A DNA stretch of 64,000 nucleotides from a virus: positions 32,001-96,000 of IMG/VR virus record IMGVR_UViG_3300017917_003446; one strand, given 5' to 3'. Below the pieces are notes generated by a model. The model made no database searches and had not been told where the DNA came from. It worked only from the letters and a program-made list of their open reading frames with translations. Shown piece after piece: positions 58,323 through 64,000 of this stretch (position 1 is the stretch's first letter; every line of letters begins with the position of its first letter). The translations under genes were made by a program, and so were the position numbers.

Positions 58323-59001
58323 TAATTTATTTTTAGTCACATCTTGTATCAATACTGATTTTGGAATCTATAAACCACAACAAAGATTCGAACAGACTAT
58401 TGAGACTATTGCCTCTATTCGTAAGTATGCACCTAATAGTAAAATTTTTATAGCTGATAATTCCTATATTAAAGAATTAAATGAGAACGTGTATAAATTT
58501 TTTACGCAATCTTGTGATTTTGTAGCAAATTTTAGCAATGAAACAAATTGTAAAAATTTAAATGCTGCAAGATTAAAAAGTGCAGCTGATACTGTTTTGA
58601 CCTTAAAAATGGTAGAGTTAATACTTAGCCATAAAGATGGTATGAAATTATTAAATGGTGCGAAAAGAATTTATAGAATATCTGGTAGATATCAACTTAC
58701 AGAAGACTTTGATGAAAATAGGTTTGACTATTTTGGAAAATTTGTTTTTAGACGACATGACACCTGGAGACAAGAAAAAGATATAGATGGGTTATACATT
58801 ACAAGACTAATGGGAATTTGCCCATCTTTATGTAGCATGTATCATACTGCTCTTACTAAATCTGTAGAAACAATTTTAGAAACAGGTGTCGATATGGAAC
58901 ACGCCATTTATAAAAATATAGATAGAAATTATGTAGTTGATATAGATAAATTGGGCGTTAAAGGAAACGTAGCTCCTAATGGGCAACTTCATATTGATTA
59001 A
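58300..59001 (+). CDS. Hypothetical protein (sugar island)
   Basis: FLVTS.I..RF.QT..TI.SIR..I.DNS..ISGRY..EH. Confidence 0.45.
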   Translation: MKIGPPVNNLFLVTSCINTDFGIYKPQQRFEQTIETIASIRKYAPNSKIFIADNSYIKELNENVYKFFTQSCDFVANFSNETNCKNLNAARLKSAADTVLTLKMVELILSHKDGMKLLNGAKRIYRISGRYQLTEDFDENRFDYFGKFVFRRHDTWRQEKDIDGLYITRLMGICPSLCSMYHTALTKSVETILETGVDMEHAIYKNIDRNYVVDIDKLGVKGNVAPNGQLHID

Positions 59002-59741
59002 TGAAACTTATAAAAGAACTAAGGGGATATTCTGGCAGTAAAGTATATCTTATGAAATCTAATAATGAATACTTTGTTAGAAAACAAGGTAACGTTAGTA
59101 GAAACTACGAACGACTGAACCAGTTGTATTCTATTGGTTTGCCTGTAGTAAAAGTATTGAATTATGAGAAAGATACTTTAGATTTAGAGTACATACAAGG
59201 GTTCGATATGGAAACATATCTTCAAAAGAATAACCCTATTTTATTATCAAAATTTATAATAGAATCTCTTGAACAAGTAAAAAGAACAGAACAAGAATTA
59301 AAAGATTATACTGACACATATAATGAAAAATTAAATTGGATAAACAATTTAAACTTTAGTTTCAGTGCATCCTCTCTTATTGAAACATTGCCTAAAAAGA
59401 TAAAGAAATCTGAGTATTTTGGTGATCTTACCTTAGAAAATATATTGTTCAATAAGCATAAAGGCTTTATAATTATTGATCCTGCAACCATAGAATATGA
59501 CTCTTGGATTTTCGATCTAGCTAAACTTAATCAGGATATAACTTGTAAATGGTTTTTGCGAAATAGTAAATCAAATTTGGATCACAAATTAACTTTATTG
59601 AAGAACAATATAGAAAATGTATATGGACCTTTAGATAACTATTTAACTATAGTAATGTTAATCCGAATATACAGACACGCAATTAATGATTTAAAGACAA
59701 GAATTTTTTTAGACAAGCAAATAAAACTATTATGGAAATAA
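59001..59741 (+). CDS. APH/choline-kinase-like phosphotransferase
   Basis: GYSGSKV, GDLTLENIL, IIIDP, DLAKL.QD. Confidence 0.7.
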   Translation: MKLIKELRGYSGSKVYLMKSNNEYFVRKQGNVSRNYERLNQLYSIGLPVVKVLNYEKDTLDLEYIQGFDMETYLQKNNPILLSKFIIESLEQVKRTEQELKDYTDTYNEKLNWINNLNFSFSASSLIETLPKKIKKSEYFGDLTLENILFNKHKGFIIIDPATIEYDSWIFDLAKLNQDITCKWFLRNSKSNLDHKLTLLKNNIENVYGPLDNYLTIVMLIRIYRHAINDLKTRIFLDKQIKLLWK

Positions 59742-60763
59742 TTGTTCCGGCGGCAGGATTATCGACACGATTCCCTGGTACTAGACCTAAATACTTATTG
59801 TATGATTACTCAGGTGAACTAATGCTTAAACGAGCATTAGCACCTTTCCTAGGTAAATTTAATATTACTATTGGTATATTGCATCAACATGCTGTGCAAT
59901 ATGATGCAGTTAAAATTATTGATAGAGAAATAGGTAATGTTAAAATAGTAATACTGAATGAGCCAACCAAAGGACCAGCTGAAACAGTATATAAAATTTT
60001 AGAAAGATTTGAAGATGATGTTGAATTTCTAGTTAAAGATTGTGATAATTTTTTTAACATAGAATATGAAACAGGAAATATAGTATATTCAAGTGATATT
60101 AAATACCACGAAACATTAAGAAAATTATCTTCTAAATCTTTCGTTACCTTAAATAGCCAAGGTGTAATTTTAGATATAGTTGAAAAAGAAATAGTTAGTA
60201 ATCACTTTTGTATAGGTGCTTATAAATTTGATTCGTCCAAAGCATATAAAGATGCATACGAAAATATTTCCAAGAATATCAGTAAAGAAATATATGTATC
60301 ACATGTTATTAGTTATCTCATAAGTAATAATCATGTTTTTGTGAATCAAGATGTAAGAGAGTTTGTAGATGTTGGTACCTTAGAAGATTGGAATAAGCAC
60401 AACTATAAACCTACCATCTTTTGTGATATAGATGGTACGTTAGTGAAATCAATGCATCGACCATATGATGGTGAGTATGAGGTGCTTGAGAAAAACTATA
60501 AAGTTATAAAATCTGAGTATGATAGGGGATGTCAAATCATTTTTACAACGGCGAGACCATCGTCAGCACAAGAAGTAACTATGATGATGTTACGACAGCT
60601 TGGATTTACGAATAATTGTAAATTAATAATGGACCTACATAATGCGCCTAGAATATTAATTAATGATTATCATCCTACAAATAGATATCCTAGTGCGATA
60701 AGTTATAATGTTAAACGAGATGGAGATGACTTAAGTGACCTATATTATAGACAAAATAATTAA
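59732..60763 (+). CDS. Sugar nucleotidyltransferase fused to HAD-family phosphatase
   Basis: VPAAGLSTRF..PKYLL, KDCD, DVGT; C-terminal FCDIDGTL, TTAR, RILIND. Confidence 0.75.
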   Translation: MEIIVPAAGLSTRFPGTRPKYLLYDYSGELMLKRALAPFLGKFNITIGILHQHAVQYDAVKIIDREIGNVKIVILNEPTKGPAETVYKILERFEDDVEFLVKDCDNFFNIEYETGNIVYSSDIKYHETLRKLSSKSFVTLNSQGVILDIVEKEIVSNHFCIGAYKFDSSKAYKDAYENISKNISKEIYVSHVISYLISNNHVFVNQDVREFVDVGTLEDWNKHNYKPTIFCDIDGTLVKSMHRPYDGEYEVLEKNYKVIKSEYDRGCQIIFTTARPSSAQEVTMMMLRQLGFTNNCKLIMDLHNAPRILINDYHPTNRYPSAISYNVKRDGDDLSDLYYRQNN

Positions 60764-61055
60764 TTACAAGTATAACGAAGATAAACTTATACGAGAGCTA
60801 CAAGACTATGTAGACTCTACCTACGGACAACACTATGCTCAGGGAAAAATACAAACTACAGAATTCATTATTGATAATGGTCATGGTATTGGTCATACTG
60901 TCGGTAATATAATTAAGTATGCCCAAAGATATGGAAAGAAAGCCGGAAGGAATAGGAAAGACATACTAAAGATATTACACTATACTTTAATAATGCTATA
61001 TGTACATGATATTGAAACAGCCAATGAAAAGGAACTAGATGATGCAGATCAGTAA
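60735..61055 (+). CDS. DUF3310-like conserved phage protein
   Basis: YKYNE..Y.D.TY.QHY..GNIIKYAQRYGKK.G.NRKD.LK..HY. Confidence 0.7.
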   Translation: MTYIIDKIINYKYNEDKLIRELQDYVDSTYGQHYAQGKIQTTEFIIDNGHGIGHTVGNIIKYAQRYGKKAGRNRKDILKILHYTLIMLYVHDIETANEKELDDADQ

Positions 61056-61698
61056 AGAAACAATTGACATTCTAAAGAATTTTGCGAGTATCAATAGCAA
61101 TATTCTTATTCGTAAGGGCAAAACTCTTTCTACAATTAGTACAGCTAAAAGTATTTTTGGTCGTGCTACAGTAGCAGAAGATTTTCCTGTGGAAGTACCC
61201 ATCTATGATTTAAACTCTCTGTTAGCATTGCTAACACTGATGGAAAATCAGAATGTAGAATTCGGTGATAAGTCCTTAACTATCTCTAAAGATGGCGGTA
61301 AGTTTGAATACTTTTATTCTAACCCATCTGTTATTGTTGCAGCACCAGATAAAAGTATTGAATTGGATAGTCATTTCCAATTTAAACTCACAGCTGAAGA
61401 TGTTCAAATGATTATGAAAGCGGCTGCTATTACCTCGGCGCCTACAATTTCAGTTGCTTGTAAACATCAACAAGTAGTACTTACTGTAGGCGATAAGAAG
61501 TTTGACACTGCTAATACTTATAAAAAGATTATTGGTCCAGGGATCGAGGACTTTGAATGTCATATCTCAGTAGAGAATTTTAAAGTTATTCCTGATGCAT
61601 ATTCTATTACTATTTCTAAAAAGAAGTTCTTGCATCTAAAGCATGAAACTAAAAGCATAGAATACTTTATTGCGATGGAACCAGATTCTGTGGTATGA
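61039..61698 (+). CDS. gp45: DNA polymerase sliding clamp gp45
   Basis: S.ET..ILKNFA.IN..I..G..L.T.S..IYDL..L..Y.IA.E.DS; synteny with gp44/62. Confidence 0.92.
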   Translation: MMQISKETIDILKNFASINSNILIRKGKTLSTISTAKSIFGRATVAEDFPVEVPIYDLNSLLALLTLMENQNVEFGDKSLTISKDGGKFEYFYSNPSVIVAAPDKSIELDSHFQFKLTAEDVQMIMKAAAITSAPTISVACKHQQVVLTVGDKKFDTANTYKKIIGPGIEDFECHISVENFKVIPDAYSITISKKKFLHLKHETKSIEYFIAMEPDSVV

Positions 61699-61877
61699 AC
61701 GATACACCATTAAGTAAAGCTGAAGAAAATATTCGTTATGTCGCTCGTATAATTAGCGAGCGAGAATGTGGATCTCAAGAACAATGGGAATACTATATTT
61801 CTCGTGCTTGGGATATTATATTATTAGTAGAGCAACTAGGATTTTTAAATAAAAAAAGATTCTGGGGCGAAAAGTGA
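61695..61877 (+). CDS. Small hypothetical protein
   Basis: 60-aa ORF coupled to gp45 by an ATGA overlap. Confidence 0.5.
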   Translation: MNDTPLSKAEENIRYVARIISERECGSQEQWEYYISRAWDIILLVEQLGFLNKKRFWGEK

Positions 61878-61887
61878 TGGAGTTAAT

Positions 61888-62829
61888 ATGGAATATCGTG
61901 AGGATCAATTTCTTTGGGTTGAAAAGTATCGCCCAAGAAAATTAGATGATTGCATCTTACCCGAAAGCCAAAAGACTATCTTTGGTGATATGCTTGAAAA
62001 GGGTGAGATACAAAATATGTTATTATGTGGTTCAGCAGGTGTAGGTAAAACTACAGTTGCCAGAGCTTTATGTGAACAATTAGGTTCAGATTATATTATT
62101 ATAAATGGTTCTGAAGAATCAGGTATTGATGTCCTAAGAACTAAAATCAAACAGTTTGCTTCTACAGTATCCTTTAGTGGTAAGACTAAAGTTGTTATTC
62201 TAGACGAGGCAGACTATCTCAATCCTAATTCTACACAGCCTGCCTTAAGGGCATTCATTGAAGAATTTTCTTCTAATTGTAGATTCATTTTTACTTGTAA
62301 CTTTAAAAATAGAATCATTCCTCCTTTACATTCTAGATGTGCAGTAATTGAATTTAAGATAAGTAAAGATGAGAATCTTAAGATAAAGGCAAAATTCCAT
62401 AAAAGAATTATGCAAATTCTTGAGATAGAAAAGATTGATGCAGATAAAAAAGTAGTAGCCAGAGTTATTGATAAGCATTTTCCTGATTATAGAAGAATTC
62501 TAAATGAACTTCAGCGATACTCAGTATCAGGTAAGATAGATGAAGGTATTCTAGTAGATCTCAGTGATGAGAATATGAATTCTTTGAAGAATACTTTGAA
62601 GGAAAAAGATTGGAAAAAGATGAGAGCATGGGTTGTAAATAATCTTGATAACGATCCATCATCTATTTTTAGAAAAATCTATGATACACTATTGCCTGAG
62701 GTTGTAGAAGTTCCTCATATGGTATTGCTACTAGCAGATTATCAATATAAAGCAGCTTTTGTAGTAGATAATGAGATTAATCTAGTTGCCTGTCTTACAG
62801 ATATTATGTCTACGGTGAATTTCAAATGA
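61888..62829 (+). CDS. gp44: Clamp loader large subunit gp44
   Basis: LWVEKYRP, GSAGVGKTT, ILDEAD, PLHSRC, FPDYRR.LNELQ. Confidence 0.96.
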   Translation: MEYREDQFLWVEKYRPRKLDDCILPESQKTIFGDMLEKGEIQNMLLCGSAGVGKTTVARALCEQLGSDYIIINGSEESGIDVLRTKIKQFASTVSFSGKTKVVILDEADYLNPNSTQPALRAFIEEFSSNCRFIFTCNFKNRIIPPLHSRCAVIEFKISKDENLKIKAKFHKRIMQILEIEKIDADKKVVARVIDKHFPDYRRILNELQRYSVSGKIDEGILVDLSDENMNSLKNTLKEKDWKKMRAWVVNNLDNDPSSIFRKIYDTLLPEVVEVPHMVLLLADYQYKAAFVVDNEINLVACLTDIMSTVNFK

Positions 62830-63272
62830 CTTTGTTCGGCGAAAAACCTGTAGAACTAATTAAAGAGGAACCCTGGAAAGCTCCGGCTATTACGCCCTTC
62901 GATTTTATAAATGCAATAAATGAAACTAAAGAAAATCTTATTGTCGATGATTGGTCAGAGAAACAATACAATCCTTATATTATAAACAAGGGTTTGTCTT
63001 ATGGTAGAGACACTATTCATGCAGCAAATGCGATGAATGGGCGTCCACACCTGGATAAGGCTCTTCAGTTTTCGTTCTTAATAAATATAATTAGGCCCAA
63101 AAAAAGATTCAATAAATGGATCAAAGCCGAAAAAATTGATGCGCTAGAAGTAATCAAGGAATACTATGGATATAGCACAGCAAAAGCCCGCCAAGTACTT
63201 CCTCTTCTCGACGACTCAAAAATAGATTATTTAAGAACAAAACTAATAAAAGGTGGAAGAGATGTCCGATGA
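62826..63272 (+). CDS. gp62: Clamp loader small subunit gp62
   Basis: Y.PYIINK.LS..D..AN.MN..Q..FL.N..R..KRF.KW..KEYYGYS..KA. Confidence 0.9.
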   Translation: MTLFGEKPVELIKEEPWKAPAITPFDFINAINETKENLIVDDWSEKQYNPYIINKGLSYGRDTIHAANAMNGRPHLDKALQFSFLINIIRPKKRFNKWIKAEKIDALEVIKEYYGYSTAKARQVLPLLDDSKIDYLRTKLIKGGRDVR

Positions 63273-63687
63273 GTTCTTTAAGATAGATTTTCCTGGTTAC
63301 TCTCCTTTGGAAATAAACTTGTTGCAACCTGACGATTTTTTAAAGGTCAGAGAAACCTTGACGAGAATAGGTGTAGCTTCTAGAAAAGACAAAGTTCTTT
63401 ATCAATCCTGTCATATTTTACATAAGCAGGGTCGCTATTTTATAGTACATTTTAAAGAATTATTTGCTCTTGATGGTAAGCAAGCTGATCTAACTGATAA
63501 TGATTTACAACGAAGAAATACTATAGCTAAATTACTTGTGGATTGGGGTCTTGTAAAGATTATTGATGCATTTAAATATAACGATTTAGCACCTTTATCC
63601 CAGATTAAAGTCATTGCTTTTAAAGAAAAGGATGACTGGGATTTACAAACAAAGTATAATATTGGTAAGAAAAAGCAGTCTGTGTAA
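63262..63687 (+). CDS. regA: Translational repressor RegA
   Basis: DDFLKVRETLTRIGVASRK..LYQSCHILHKQGRY.IVHFKELFALDG..KYNIG. Confidence 0.96.
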   Translation: MSDEFFKIDFPGYSPLEINLLQPDDFLKVRETLTRIGVASRKDKVLYQSCHILHKQGRYFIVHFKELFALDGKQADLTDNDLQRRNTIAKLLVDWGLVKIIDAFKYNDLAPLSQIKVIAFKEKDDWDLQTKYNIGKKKQSV

Positions 63688-63698
63688 TAAATAATAAT

Positions 63699-63808
63699 AT
63701 CCCTGGGATGGGAACTAGCATGCCAGCGAAGGCTAGTAAAATATCCACTGGTGCCAACGCCATTTGGGTTGGCAATTAATTAACTCGCTTAATAGGAGAA
63801 CTAAAATG
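63699..63808 (+). promoter_or_regulatory. Structured 5' leader of hsp20 with ROSE-like RBS hairpin
   Basis: Stems ACTAGC/GCTAGT and TGCCAAC/GTTGGCA; CTCGCT-TAAT-AGGAG pairs over the Shine-Dalgarno. Confidence 0.55.
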
Positions 63809-64000
63809 ACGTTGTTACTTAAAAACGGACCTTTCGATATGTTTAAAGATTTTGAAAAACTATTTGTAGGTTTTGATGATACTTATAGTCGCATGGCTAA
63901 ATTTCATGACGATGTGACCAAAAATATTCCAAATTACCCTCCATATAATATTCGTAAAGTAGAGGACAATAAGTATGTCATTGAACTTGCAGTAGCAGGA
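63806..64000 (+). CDS. Small heat-shock protein Hsp20/IbpA (3'-truncated by window)
   Basis: MTLLLKNGPFDMFKDFEKLFVGFDD..NYPPYNIRKVEDNKYVIELAVAG; follows regA as in other T4-like phages; not in the ORF track. Confidence 0.9.
   Translation, partial: MTLLLKNGPFDMFKDFEKLFVGFDDTYSRMAKFHDDVTKNIPNYPPYNIRKVEDNKYVIELAVAG

Noticed and set aside
1-64000. tRNA, rRNA, integrase or transposase genes
   Set aside because: None were recognised by eye. Intergenic gaps are few and short and show no cloverleaf or T-loop signature; a tRNAscan/Infernal run would be needed to exclude them formally.

Overview
This is a 64-kb segment of a large, AT-rich T4-like myovirus genome, with essentially all genes on the + strand. 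The core order is neck gp13/14, gp15, terminase gp16/17, sheath gp18, tube gp19, portal gp20, gp21/22, capsid gp23, gp3, uvsY, uvsW, gp55, gp47/46, gp45/44/62, regA and hsp20. Three accessory islands interrupt it. (1) At 0.6-21.4 kb, a Lcl/C-type-lectin fibre protein with DGR-like variable-region footprints and a 2,180-aa collagen-containing tail fibre are flanked by glycosyltransferases, 2OG-Fe(II) oxygenases, a sulfotransferase and an APS-kinase/nucleotidyltransferase fusion. (2) At 39.9-47.2 kb, a 7-deazaguanine DNA-modification cluster (queE, folE, dpdA-like TGT, QueD paralog, queD; no queC in the window) is interleaved with two GT-B glycosyltransferases and galE. (3) At 54.5-60.8 kb lies a GDP-fucose/fucosyltransferase sugar island. 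The best candidate for an undescribed system is island 2. The DpdA-like protein and its neighbouring glycosyltransferase both end in SLEDLFA, which resembles the T4 gp45 sliding-clamp-binding motif, and a preQ1-riboswitch-like pseudoknot sits in front of queD. Together these suggest replication-coupled, sugar-hypermodified 7-deazaguanine DNA with RNA-level feedback. All calls come from motif recognition and synteny; no database searches were run.
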